A stretch of DNA of 64,000 nucleotides, taken from positions 1 to 64,000 of the forward strand of contig JAOZFH010000050.1 of assembly GCA_027491415.1 (NCBI GenBank), in the 5' to 3' direction. Positions 46,264 to 55,126 of the stretch are shown piece by piece; the first letter of the stretch is position 1, and each line of letters opens with the position of its first letter. Under the pieces are notes generated by a model, which was not told the origin of the DNA, searched no databases, and worked only from the letters and a program-made list of their open reading frames with translations. Position numbers and translations under genes: made by a program. This DNA comes from Thermoproteota archaeon. Lineage in GTDB: Archaea; Korarchaeota; Korarchaeia; Korarchaeales; Korarchaeaceae.

Positions 46264-47071
46264 TTGCGACGGCCTCCGATAAGGCTTCTCTGAGCTTAAG
46301 GGCGTCAACTTCAGTGAGAGCCAAGACGTACAGGGTTTCGCCGTCGGAGAACCTCAGCTTGAAGGCCGAGTGCGCCGGAACTCTCCTTCCGCTAAGTAAC
46401 AGCCCTGCCACGCCTAGGGCGCCGAGGCACGCCGGCACGATTGGGAACTCGCCCGAGTAAGATTGTGGGGGCACTCTGGCGATGAAGGACGACGCCGCAA
46501 CGGCTACCGAGCTCAGGCACGCGGCGAGGCGCAGTCTGTGGCCAAGTCCCCTCACCCTGCCGAGAGCGGGAGAGGCCAGGAGCGTGAGCGAGGTAGAGCT
46601 GAGCGAGACCGCCGCAAGGACCGCGGCTGGAAGGGCCAGCGGGCTGGGCCACGACTTCGAGAAGCCCCACCAGAACACGATCGTCTCTGCCGCCAGCTCG
46701 CCGAGCGTAATGGCGGTGAGCCCAGGTATCCTCCTAAGAGCAAAGTAGCCCTTAGTTGACGTGATCTCAACAAGCTCCACTACGTCGGCGAGCCTGAGCC
46801 TGCGCTCTGGGGATATCCTCCTCCTGAGCACTAGCTCGCCGTTCGAGACCTCCACCATGGCGGCGCTCAGCGCGATGGCGGCCATACCAAGCGTCATGCC
46901 GGCGGCTAGAACCCCGTATATCTTGAGGAGACTGCTTGCTCTCGTCATAGAGGCTACAAGCGCGTATACAACGCTCCCGGAGAGGGCGGCCCACCCCACC
47001 GCAGCTAGCGGTAGCCTAAGGCCAGACCATGGGGCTGCAGACAGGCCGCCGTCACACCTCACTCTCGGCAC
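46247..47071 (-). CDS. Membrane protein with split bacterial PH-like domain (paralog 2)
   Basis: 2 TMs, 'VEVSNGELVL...LRLADVVEL', 4 TMs, 'FKLRFSDGETLYV...LREAL'. Confidence 0.6.
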   Translation of the reverse strand: MPRVRCDGGLSAAPWSGLRLPLAAVGWAALSGSVVYALVASMTRASSLLKIYGVLAAGMTLGMAAIALSAAMVEVSNGELVLRRRISPERRLRLADVVELVEITSTKGYFALRRIPGLTAITLGELAAETIVFWWGFSKSWPSPLALPAAVLAAVSLSSTSLTLLASPALGRVRGLGHRLRLAACLSSVAVAASSFIARVPPQSYSGEFPIVPACLGALGVAGLLLSGRRVPAHSAFKLRFSDGETLYVLALTEVDALKLREALSEAVANAETS

Positions 47072-47852
47072 CTCCTAGCGCTCTAACGAGGGCATCCCTC
47101 AGTTCTGAGACAGTCTCTCCCCTCATGACTATCACGTACACGCTCCCGTCGGCCAGCCTGATCAGCAGGAGGTCCCTCATCCTCCTTGGAGCGATCGCAA
47201 AGGCCGCCGAGAAGAGCAGCCCGGCGCATCCGAGCACTACCAGAATCTTGTCCACGCCAGCTGGCGCATCGGCGGATGCGAGCAAGGCAATTAGCCCCGC
47301 CGAAATGCCCAGAGCGTGTCTGAAGTCAAGCCTCCTGCCCCCGCTTGGAGAGATCAAGGTGATCAGCATTGCGTACTGCAGCGAGAGCGCCCCAGCTAGA
47401 GAGGCTGGCAGGGTGAGTGGAGAGGCCCACACCTGCGCCAGCGACCACCACAGGGCTGCCCAGCCAGACAAAGTCGATACGGCTGTGGATAGCGCCAGAC
47501 CAGGCAGTCTCCGCGCGAGGACGAACCCCGACAGCTCTCCCACGTCCGCAAGCTCCACAACGTCGGGGAGCCTGACGACCCTCTTGAGCAGGCCGTAGCT
47601 CAGGATCAGCGACTGACCTGAGACCTTAGCCTCCTTACCGCCCGCGGCCAGGAGAAGGGCCGCTCCCACCGCTATCAGGATGCCGGATGTCAGGGCAACG
47701 TCACTTCTCTTGACGACCCAGGACGCAAAGCCCAGCGGTATTGCCGCGCTGATCGAGCACATTGCCGCGGAGACCAGCGCCAGGGGCAAGCCAGACCAGG
47801 GGGCTGGCCACGCCGGTGGGCAGCGGGCGGACGCCCTCACCCGCGTCGTCAC
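47052..47852 (-). CDS. Membrane protein with split bacterial PH-like domain (paralog 1)
   Basis: Same architecture ('APWSGL', 'VRLPDVVEL', 'RRLPGL', 'IRLADGSVYV..LRDAL'). Start re-set to GTG 47852 after TTATATTA (~47878-47885). Confidence 0.6.
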   Translation of the reverse strand: MTTRVRASARCPPAWPAPWSGLPLALVSAAMCSISAAIPLGFASWVVKRSDVALTSGILIAVGAALLLAAGGKEAKVSGQSLILSYGLLKRVVRLPDVVELADVGELSGFVLARRLPGLALSTAVSTLSGWAALWWSLAQVWASPLTLPASLAGALSLQYAMLITLISPSGGRRLDFRHALGISAGLIALLASADAPAGVDKILVVLGCAGLLFSAAFAIAPRRMRDLLLIRLADGSVYVIVMRGETVSELRDALVRALGGAESEV

Positions 47853-47964
47853 CTCTGTCAACCTAAGTAAGCTTACATAATATAACCCCTTCCTAGGCCG
47901 GGCCCTCCTCCTGAAACGAGCCTCGTACGCGCTTGCAGCCCGCGCCCGGCCGTGTGAGCCCGGT

Positions 47965-48405
47965 TCATCGCCCGGATCTCCGTCCACCTGCTGATCCAGC
48001 TGCCCGCACGAACTCATCCAGGGGTATGAGGCCAAGGCCGAACTGTGACATCCTCTCGAAATGCCTCAGGTTTCCCGTGACCAGGCCGACCCCGAGCTCA
48101 ATGGCGCTAGCCCCGACTATGAGGTCGCGGAACTCCAGCCTCTCCCCGCGCCTGGTGAGCTCCAGGTCAACCATGAGGGCCCTCCTCAGGATCGTCTGGG
48201 AGATCGGGACGACCTCGTACACCCGCTCGAGGGCCCCCTTCTCCTCGTCTAAATCCCTCCCCAGGTAGGCTAGACCGAAGAGATACTCGTATAGGGTTAT
48301 CTGGGAGATTAGGCACCTATACCTGTCCAAGACGGTAGACAGGGTCTCAGGCCTCCTGTGCAGCTCAATGAGGGCGTCCGTGTCTAGTAGGACCTCCTCC
48401 ACCAC
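47965..48405 (-). CDS. vapC: PIN-domain toxin
   Basis: 'LLDTDALIE', 'ITLYEY', 'DLIVGASA', 'VTGNLRHF'. Confidence 0.92.
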   Translation of the reverse strand: MVEEVLLDTDALIELHRRPETLSTVLDRYRCLISQITLYEYLFGLAYLGRDLDEEKGALERVYEVVPISQTILRRALMVDLELTRRGERLEFRDLIVGASAIELGVGLVTGNLRHFERMSQFGLGLIPLDEFVRAAGSAGGRRSGR

Positions 48406-48617
48406 GACCCCCTCCTCTCCCGCACCACCTCCCTGAGCTTCTCCGCCTCGCGATCGCGGAGCATGAGCCTGTCCACGAGCTCCCTCGCTTTTGAGGTCCT
48501 GTGCTCCTCCACAAGCTTGACTATCACTTCCTCGTAGGTTCTAAGGCCGAGCTCCTCCTTCATCCTCTTCAGCATCGCGAGGGTCTCGCGGGAGATCGTG
48601 AGGGTGGTCCTGCCCAT
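48384..48617 (-). CDS. vapB: VapB-type antitoxin (RHH/DUF217-like)
   Basis: 'MGRTTLTISRETLAMLKRMKEELGLRTYEEVI'; overlaps vapC. Confidence 0.8.
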   Translation of the reverse strand: MGRTTLTISRETLAMLKRMKEELGLRTYEEVIVKLVEEHRTSKARELVDRLMLRDREAEKLREVVRERRGSWWRRSY

Positions 48618-48809
48618 CCGGGCGGGGGATGAGGGCATGCACTATTAAGTATTGTGAATGTAATACGGAGCCGGCCGGGGCGGTTGCCCTGCCCTCGCCG
48701 TCCTGACGTCTGACCGAGGGCCCGTGGCCCACCCCGCGGAACCCAAGGAGAAAAACCCTTAAGTTCTGGTTTATGCTCCTCAGCCAAAGGAGCGGAGGCC
48801 CAGACGGAG

Positions 48810-49238
48810 ATGAGAGCCGGGGATCTTGTCAAGGGGGCAAGGGCAGGCGGCTTCTCAGGACTTATCCTGGGCGCCCTCTCCGTGCCCATCAACTACTACC
48901 TCCTCGCCGTGAAGTACAGGGGAGAGATCTCGGAAGCCCTCGGGAGGCCCTACTATCCCAGCTTGGAAGGGCTGTTCTTGATCGGAACTCTCACGGCTCT
49001 GATATTCGCGCTGTGCGGCGCCCTCTACGCCGTCTCCTACGAGAGGCTACCGCCTAGGAGCCCCTTCTGGAAGGCGTTCATATTCGGCTCCCTCGTTTTC
49101 GTGGGTTCCCGGGTCGGCGATCTGGTCGTAGACTACCCGCTCTCGCGCGGCCTGGTGCTCGAGAGCGCGACGTGGTCTGCCCCCATGTGCCTGCTCGTAT
49201 GGCCCTACTTCACCAGCAGGCTATATCACCGGAATTAG
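48810..49238 (+). CDS. 4-TM membrane protein
   Basis: 'GARAGGFSGLILG', 'LYAVSYERLP', four hydrophobic segments. Confidence 0.7.
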   Translation: MRAGDLVKGARAGGFSGLILGALSVPINYYLLAVKYRGEISEALGRPYYPSLEGLFLIGTLTALIFALCGALYAVSYERLPPRSPFWKAFIFGSLVFVGSRVGDLVVDYPLSRGLVLESATWSAPMCLLVWPYFTSRLYHRN

Positions 49239-49315
49239 TCGAGCTAGTCCGCTCGACGGCAGAGAGCCTCCTGGGAGCTGAGTGCCTCTCATCACCGTCG
49301 TGAAATCCCTATTTC

Positions 49316-49350
49316 GCGACGAAACGGCGGAACCTGGGTGAAAAAGCGGG
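49316..49350. repeat. Degenerate direct repeat, copy A
   Basis: GCGACGAAACG-GCGGAACCTGGGTGAAAAAGCGGG; 32/36 identical to copy B, and both are preceded by CGTGAAA. Confidence 0.7.
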
Positions 49351-49481
49351 GGCGAGGGGCCTCGAGGAGGCCCTCCTGGCCGCCAGGCTTGGGGACTCGG
49401 AGGCTCTGAAGAGGCTGCAGAACTCCTGAGGTCGGCGGCGGGGGAGCTCGAGGTCCTGGCCGAGGCTTGGAGAGGAAGCAT

Positions 49482-49502
49482 TGTTACCCATACTGGGTAA
49501 CA
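49482..49502 (-). promoter_or_regulatory. Orphan operator palindrome with TATA box
   Basis: Perfect 9-3-9 TGTTACCCA-TAC-TGGGTAACA overlapping a minus-strand ATG (49491); TTATAT at 49512-49517; no intact gene follows. Confidence 0.55.
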
Positions 49503-49630
49503 TCTTCCCCGATATAACGGAGTCATAAAAGAGCCTACGGGAGATGATCCTATGTAGGCTCCTCCCCCCTCCTAGGGGAGGGGGGAAATCCATAAGTCCG
49601 CGTCGCCACGTAGGGCTCGGCATCCGAGCC

Positions 49631-50007
49631 TTGGAGGTCGAGGTCGACGGGGTTCGCTGAGGGAGAGGTGGGACGAGGTTAGGAGGGCCTTCCTAGAGAG
49701 GTTCGAAAGGGACATAACGGAGGAGGATCTCCTCAGGGAGGGGGAGAGGGAGAGGCTCCTGATCGAGGTCGAGGCCCGCCTGGACGAGCTGTCCATTGAA
49801 GGAAAAGATCTGCTCGTGTACGCCGCCGCTGAGGGAGAGGAGGAGGCGGGGAGGCTCTTCGTCTCGCTGAGGATCCCCGTGGCAGCGGTCTTGGCCGCGC
49901 TGGCGGCAGGGGGATTGAGTCCTACTCGGGCACAGGGCCAGGGAGCTGATCAGGCTGCCGAGGGAGCCAGCGGGGGATTGGAGCTGACCTCCTCGCTTCA
50001 AGGCTAG
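49631..50007 (+). pseudogene. Startless coding remnant of unknown family
   Basis: Open acidic helical frame 'LRERWDEVRRAFLERFERDITEEDLL...LFVSLRIPVAAVLAAL' with no in-frame start; a TTG start lies in another frame. Confidence 0.35.
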
Positions 50008-50021
50008 CCTGCCTGCGCGTC

Positions 50022-51238
50022 TCACTTGGGCGAATTAGATCTGCTCCCTGCCTCAATCTTCGGGAGAGTCAGGCTCACGGCCAGCGCCAGCGCCTCCAGC
50101 CCGGCGGAGGCGGCGAAGGCGCCCTCGAGCCCCAGGCCAGAAAGGAGTCCCGCTAGGGCTGGTCCCAACGCCCCGAACGCCCTGGTGAAGGTTCCCTCTA
50201 TGGCCACCGCCTTGCCCCTGTCCTCCTCCGGGAAGGCGTCCATCGTGTAGGCCAGCAGGCCGGGGGAGAAGAGTGGCGTCAGCGCGCCGGCCAGCAGGGC
50301 CGCGTAGAAGAGAACCGGGATCAGGGGGGCGAGCGCCAGGCAGGCGAAGACGGATGTAGCGACGACGTAGGTCGCGGAGTAGAGCCTCCTCCTGTCCACC
50401 CTGTCCGCCAGCGCCCCGCCGGCGAGGGACAGGGCGGCGCGGGCGGCGTACCCAGCGGAGTAGGCCGAGAACACCTGGCCAGCGGAGAGGCCGACGGACT
50501 CGCCGAGGAGGGGGACCAGAGGGTAGGAGCCGTAGGCCAGGGCGTCGAGGGACTTGATGACGCAGAACCTGGCCAGCAGCCCGCGGTTTGCCATGGAGCG
50601 GAGGTCGGACAGCGCGGAGGGGGGCTGAACCTGCCCGAGCCGGAGCCCGTCTTTGCGGATTCGTACCCTGGGAGCCTCAGGGCCGCCAGCCCGGCCAGGG
50701 CGAGGGGGGCGCCGGCCAGAGCGAAGGTCCACCGCAGCCCGAGCCTCGAGGCCACCAGGGCAGAGCCCGCGGTGCCCAAGGCCATGGCCGAGGAGAGCAG
50801 GAGGCCCCACACGCCGAAGGAGAGACCCCTCCCGCCGCTCAGCCTCGCCAGCATGGGGGCCGTCGGCACCCTGGCCACAGACCCTGCGGCATAGGAGGCC
50901 AAGTAGAGGGCAGCGACGGCAGCGGCCCCCGAGGCCGCCCCGAGGGCCGCGGCGCCGAGGCCCGACGCTATCGCCCCGACGGCCATCTGAAGCGCTCCGC
51001 CCAGCCTGTCGGCCAGGACACCCGCTGGCACCCCTATCGCCATGCCCAGGAGCCTGGAGGCCGTGAGGAGCGCGCCGTAGGCCTCGGCAGAGGATCCGAG
51101 CTCCCTCAGGTAGAGGGGGAGCGACACGCCGACGACCGACCTGGAGAGGGCGTCGGCGAAGATGAGGGAGTACAGGGTGAGAAGCTCCGGCGTCAGGATC
51201 CCTCTGACCCTCGACTCATCTCTCTCAGGTCGAGCCAA
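50022..51238 (-). pseudogene. MFS transporter, frameshifted
   Basis: N-half ('GVLADRLG') and C-half ('GALADRVDRRR') are in different frames; shift near 50600-50650. Confidence 0.8.
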
Positions 51239-51513
51239 ATAACTCCCCTCTCGGAGAGCTTTAGGATCAGCCTCCAGGCGGCTCTAATCAATTCCTGCGG
51301 GGGGTCTTCGGATGTGAAGGCTTCCCCTAAAATATCCTTAAGGGTTCTAGGGCCGTCGGACAAGCTCAGTATCTTTACAACGACTTCGCTCTTAGCCACC
51401 ATGAACTTCCCGTTAGACTTGTTCAGGATTAGCGGGGGATCCGGTGGCTTGATTCTAATGATGGCATCAGGCGACCTACTGGGCCTGATTTCGAGAATCT
51501 CCTTCACATCCAT
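51193..51513 (-). CDS. PqqD-like / RiPP recognition element protein
   Basis: 'PLILNKSNGKFMV..EVVVKILSLSDGPRTLKDI...LILKLSERGVI' fits the three-strand, three-helix PqqD pattern; lower GC than flanks. Confidence 0.6.
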   Translation of the reverse strand: MDVKEILEIRPSRSPDAIIRIKPPDPPLILNKSNGKFMVAKSEVVVKILSLSDGPRTLKDILGEAFTSEDPPQELIRAAWRLILKLSERGVIWLDLREMSRGSEGS

Positions 51514-51551
51514 CTCTCTAACCTCCTCTTAAGCGCGCGCTGATCGATGCA

Positions 51552-51830
51552 ATGGCCAAGCTGGAAGAGGAAGCTTCGTTTTATGACTGCTACAGGGAAC
51601 TCCTCCGCTTGAGGGTGCCCATAATTGCTGTGGAGGGTAACAACGATTACACAGCCATAGAGAAAGGGGCTTACTTCTGGGAGAAATACTTCGGGCCGCT
51701 CTACGGCGTAGTTCAGGTTAGACTTCTTATTTGTGCTCTCGATTCTGATATGGGAAGGGTCTACCCAGATCAATTGGAATTGGGTGGGAGAAAACAATCC
51801 AGAATTACGATGGAATTTCAAAGATATTAA
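51552..51830 (+). pseudogene. Calcineurin-like metallophosphoesterase fragment
   Basis: 'VPIIAVEGNND', 'YFGPLY', 'ALDS..G...DQLE'; N- and C-terminal motifs are missing. Confidence 0.55.
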
Positions 51831-51846
51831 TAGCCCACTACCCGTA

Positions 51847-51985
51847 TCACAGCGAAGCCCTGGATTCGAGTTCTGCTACGTGATACTCCACAACCTTCCT
51901 TGATATGCCGAGTTCTGAAACAAGCTCGGCTAAGTAAGCTTCTCTTCTCATTAGGGACGAGACTACACGGAATCTCACGGCGTGA
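51847..51985 (-). pseudogene. Winged-HTH (ArsR-like) fragment
   Basis: 'RFRVVSSLMRREAYLAELVSELGISRKVVEYHVAELE'; truncated at repeat copy B. Confidence 0.5.
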
Positions 51986-51994
51986 AAGAGCCCT

Positions 51995-52030
51995 GCGACG
52001 AAACGCGCGAAACCTGGGTTAAAAATCGGG
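51995..52030. repeat. Degenerate direct repeat, copy B
   Basis: GCGACGAAACGCGCGAAACCTGGGTTAAAAATCGGG; includes the minus-strand T-tract downstream of the 52077 stop. Confidence 0.7.
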
Positions 52031-52076
52031 AGGGGGGCCAAGTGGCCCCACGAGGGTCTCTTGCACGGATCCGCGT

Positions 52077-53684
52077 TCAGTTTGTGCCCTCCTCGCCGAC
52101 ACCCCCGCCCCCGCGCCTCGCTCGTCGGCTGGCCTGAATCCACGCGGCCAGCGCTACGACGGTTCCTCCGAGGACGGTGCCGATGGCAACGGCCACCGGG
52201 GAGGAGAGTCCTCCTCCCGTCCCGGCGGGTGGGGGTGTGGTCGACGACGGCCCCTCGGTCTGTGGGGGCGAGGTTGAGGGGGGCTGAGTCTCGGTCTCCG
52301 CGGGCGGAGCGGTCTCGGTGGGCGGCGGAGGTGGGACCGACACTGTGGCGTTCACGGTGAACCTCTCGCCCCCGGCGACGCAGGTCAGACTCACCGTGTA
52401 GTTGCCTGGTTCGATCCTCTGGTCGACGCGGACGGTCACGGGCTCCGTCTCGACCTCCCCGGACGATAAGTGCACGGGCCCGGACGGAAGTTCAACGGCC
52501 AGCTGCGCGGTGGGTGGGGTGACCGTCCATCCCACCAGCAGGTCGGCCTCAAATCCCCCGAGGGACTGAAGGGTGAGGTTCAGATCGGCCGAGTCCCCCG
52601 GCGAGATCTTCAGCGATTCGGGCGAGAGGGTCACGTTGAGCCCCGCCTCCTCGGTGGCCTCCTCGGGACGCCCTCCGGATGCCGCCCGGTCGAAGAGGTT
52701 CAGGAGCAGGCGGTCGTTTCCATCTGGATCTCCCTGCAGGAAGAAGGCCCACCAGAGGGGGGACCCCACGGCCAGTATCCCGCCCCCGTCCACCTCGGAG
52801 AAGGCGACCATCCCCACGTCCCCCGACTCGCCCGGAATGCCCGCGATCACCAGGGAGTTCGGTGACGAGGCCTCTACCGGGGTTGGCCGGAGCAGCCCCA
52901 CGGCGGAAACGCCTTCCGTGAGCCAGTGCTCCGCCAGCCTGTCCGCCCTAATCCACCCCGATTCCTCCCCATCCCTGAACGTCAGTCCGAACTCGCCCGT
53001 CAGTTGATTCGCCGCGTCCACCGAACCCCTGAAGAAGTAGGAGGCGAAGACCACCAGGTACCCCCCGGACCTGACGTAGGACTTGATGCGGGATTGACTC
53101 ATCGATAACAGGCCCCTCTCGTCGAGGATGATTACGTCGAAGGATTCTAGGCCGTCCGACACCCGATGCCAGTCTTCGCGGAGGACGTAGCTCACGTTGA
53201 CCTCCGCTTCTTCCACGAATCTCTGAAGCGTCGAGAATGCGTTTGGGTTCGTCGTCGACCCTTCAGAGAAGGGCGAGGAGTATACCAAGACGTCGAGCCT
53301 CGGGGTGGAGTCCAGGACCCTTGCGGATACCGGGATCGTCAGGTCGCCTGCATCCGTCTCCACCACTATGGCGCCCCCCAGTTCTCCCGGGGTCGACGTG
53401 TTCACCCTCACCCCCACGAGCCCGGATCCGCTCGGATTGCGGATCTCCGGGTCGGAGTAGACGATCTCGATCCAGCTCGGCCCCGAGCTGATCCTCACCA
53501 TGTTCGCGTCGGTCACCCTGAAGCTCCCTTCCACCACGGCGCCAACGTAGACGGAGCCGAAGTCCAGCTCGGGCGGCATTGCCTGTGGGGTCTGCGCGGC
53601 CCCGACTGGAGAGGCCGCATGGAAGGGGGCAGAGGCTAGTGCGAACAGGCAGAGGACCAGCGCAAGAAGCACAGAACGACTCAT
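52077..53684 (-). CDS. Cell-surface protein: Ig-like + GATase1-like (DUF4350-type) + Ig-like + P/T linker + TM anchor
   Basis: Signal peptide, 'LDFGSV', 'FDVIIL...IKSYVRSGG.LVV', 'GGILAVG', 'NDRLLLNLF', 'PGNYTV', PT-rich stalk, C-terminal TM. Confidence 0.75.
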   Translation of the reverse strand: MSRSVLLALVLCLFALASAPFHAASPVGAAQTPQAMPPELDFGSVYVGAVVEGSFRVTDANMVRISSGPSWIEIVYSDPEIRNPSGSGLVGVRVNTSTPGELGGAIVVETDAGDLTIPVSARVLDSTPRLDVLVYSSPFSEGSTTNPNAFSTLQRFVEEAEVNVSYVLREDWHRVSDGLESFDVIILDERGLLSMSQSRIKSYVRSGGYLVVFASYFFRGSVDAANQLTGEFGLTFRDGEESGWIRADRLAEHWLTEGVSAVGLLRPTPVEASSPNSLVIAGIPGESGDVGMVAFSEVDGGGILAVGSPLWWAFFLQGDPDGNDRLLLNLFDRAASGGRPEEATEEAGLNVTLSPESLKISPGDSADLNLTLQSLGGFEADLLVGWTVTPPTAQLAVELPSGPVHLSSGEVETEPVTVRVDQRIEPGNYTVSLTCVAGGERFTVNATVSVPPPPPTETAPPAETETQPPSTSPPQTEGPSSTTPPPAGTGGGLSSPVAVAIGTVLGGTVVALAAWIQASRRARRGGGGVGEEGTN

Positions 53685-53955
53685 GCGGGCATCACTTTCC
53701 CCTAGTGCGCCCTGCCGAAACCCAAAAAGAGCCCCTACACGGGCCGTGAAGGCGACTCTGGGTCAGAGGGTGCATCCTCAGAACTCAGAGGAACAATTTA
53801 ACCATAGCAGCTCTCTGGGGTTCAAATGGAGAGCCAGCAAGGGCCGGAGAGATCTGATTTCACCGCCTTCTGGCCCCCAGCGTCGTCCCTGAGTTCCAGA
53901 GACCCACACAGAGGACGGACGTTCCCAACTCACGCATGACTCCGGAACAGCCTGA

Positions 53956-54300
53956 TCAGGGCGGTAACGAATCCAAGTGGACCCTCGCCGACCCCTCCGC
54001 GACCTCTATTGCCACCTCCACAGCCCTCCTCAGGGCTGACGCCAAGAGACTCAGGACCTCTCTATCCATCTCGGCCGCTATCTCGGACGAGATGGGGACA
54101 AGAATGGACCCCGCAGGTGCGTCGAGGCCCAGGCGATCCTCCTCCCTCGAGGCCCAGTAGGACACGTAGTTGTGCGGAAAGGTGCCAGCGTGGTGAGACA
54201 GCCTCGCCGGGATCCCCTCAGCCCTGAGCCTTCTCACGATCTCGCCGGCGGGAATGCCGAGGCCACCTCTACCCCATCGCGAAGGTCATGACTCTCTCCA
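53956..54300 (-). pseudogene. pcp: Pyroglutamyl peptidase I remnant
   Basis: 'IPAGEIVRRLRAEGIPARLSHHAGTFPHNYVSY': catalytic Cys of AGTFxCN lost, FIHVP degraded, N-terminus missing. Confidence 0.65.
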
Positions 54301-54457
54301 GCATGGCGGAGTGGAAGGGCCGGGGAAACGGACTTATACCGATTCGGAGTGCCGGTAGGAGGGCACCCTGAAGAAAAGCGACCTGAACACCTGGGGCCTG
54401 CCGTCTGTTCTGGAGGGCTCTCCTTCCCTCAGGAAGCTCTGGGATAGAGCGGTCAGT

Positions 54458-55126
54458 TTGGACAGCAGGCTCGTTCTCGCAGTGGACTTTCTGAGCGGTT
54501 CGAGACCGAAGGAGAGTGGCGTCAGCGCGCTCCTAGAGGAGATCGACGATCTCGCGGTCGGGGTAAAGGTTGGCCTCCCGCTGGCGCTGGAGGTCGGCTG
54601 GGAGGGTCTGTCTCGCCTCGCCTCAAGGTACCCTGAGTTCTACTGGATCGCGGACCTCAAGCTCGCGGACATCCCGGCCGTCGAGATTCGGGTGCTGGAG
54701 GGACTGGCGCTGATGGGCTTCGACGCGGCCATCATCCACCTGTTCCCAATGGGGCTGGAGGAGGTCTCCTCCGCTGCCGCGAAACTGGGGATCGACCTCA
54801 TTGGGGTGGCGGCGATGAGTCACCCCAGAGCGCACACCTTCGAAGAGAGTCTCGAGACGCTGGTGGCGTACGCTCGACAGGTCGGGGTGGAGGGGCTGGT
54901 GGTGGGGGCCACCAAGCCGGGGCTGATTGAGGCCACTCGGTCCCTACACCCCAGGGCCACGATCCTATCGCCGGGGGTGGGAGCCCAGGGGGCAGAGCCT
55001 GGAGCGGCGATCAGGGCAGGAGCAGACTTTGAGATCGTCGGCAGGGCCATAACGCTCTCCGAGAACCCTCGAACCTCTGCCGAGGAAGTCGTCGAGGCTC
55101 AGAGGGGGTGGGCGCGATGGACTTGA
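54458..55126 (+). CDS. pyrF: Orotidine-5'-phosphate decarboxylase
   Basis: 'LAVD', 'VKVG', ADLKLADIP, 'MSHP', 'SPGVGAQG', 'IVGRAI'. Confidence 0.95.
   Translation: MDSRLVLAVDFLSGSRPKESGVSALLEEIDDLAVGVKVGLPLALEVGWEGLSRLASRYPEFYWIADLKLADIPAVEIRVLEGLALMGFDAAIIHLFPMGLEEVSSAAAKLGIDLIGVAAMSHPRAHTFEESLETLVAYARQVGVEGLVVGATKPGLIEATRSLHPRATILSPGVGAQGAEPGAAIRAGADFEIVGRAITLSENPRTSAEEVVEAQRGWARWT

Noticed and set aside
52200-52340. Low-complexity repeat-like tract
   Set aside because: Encodes the Pro/Thr/Glu linker of the surface protein; not a separate repeat element.
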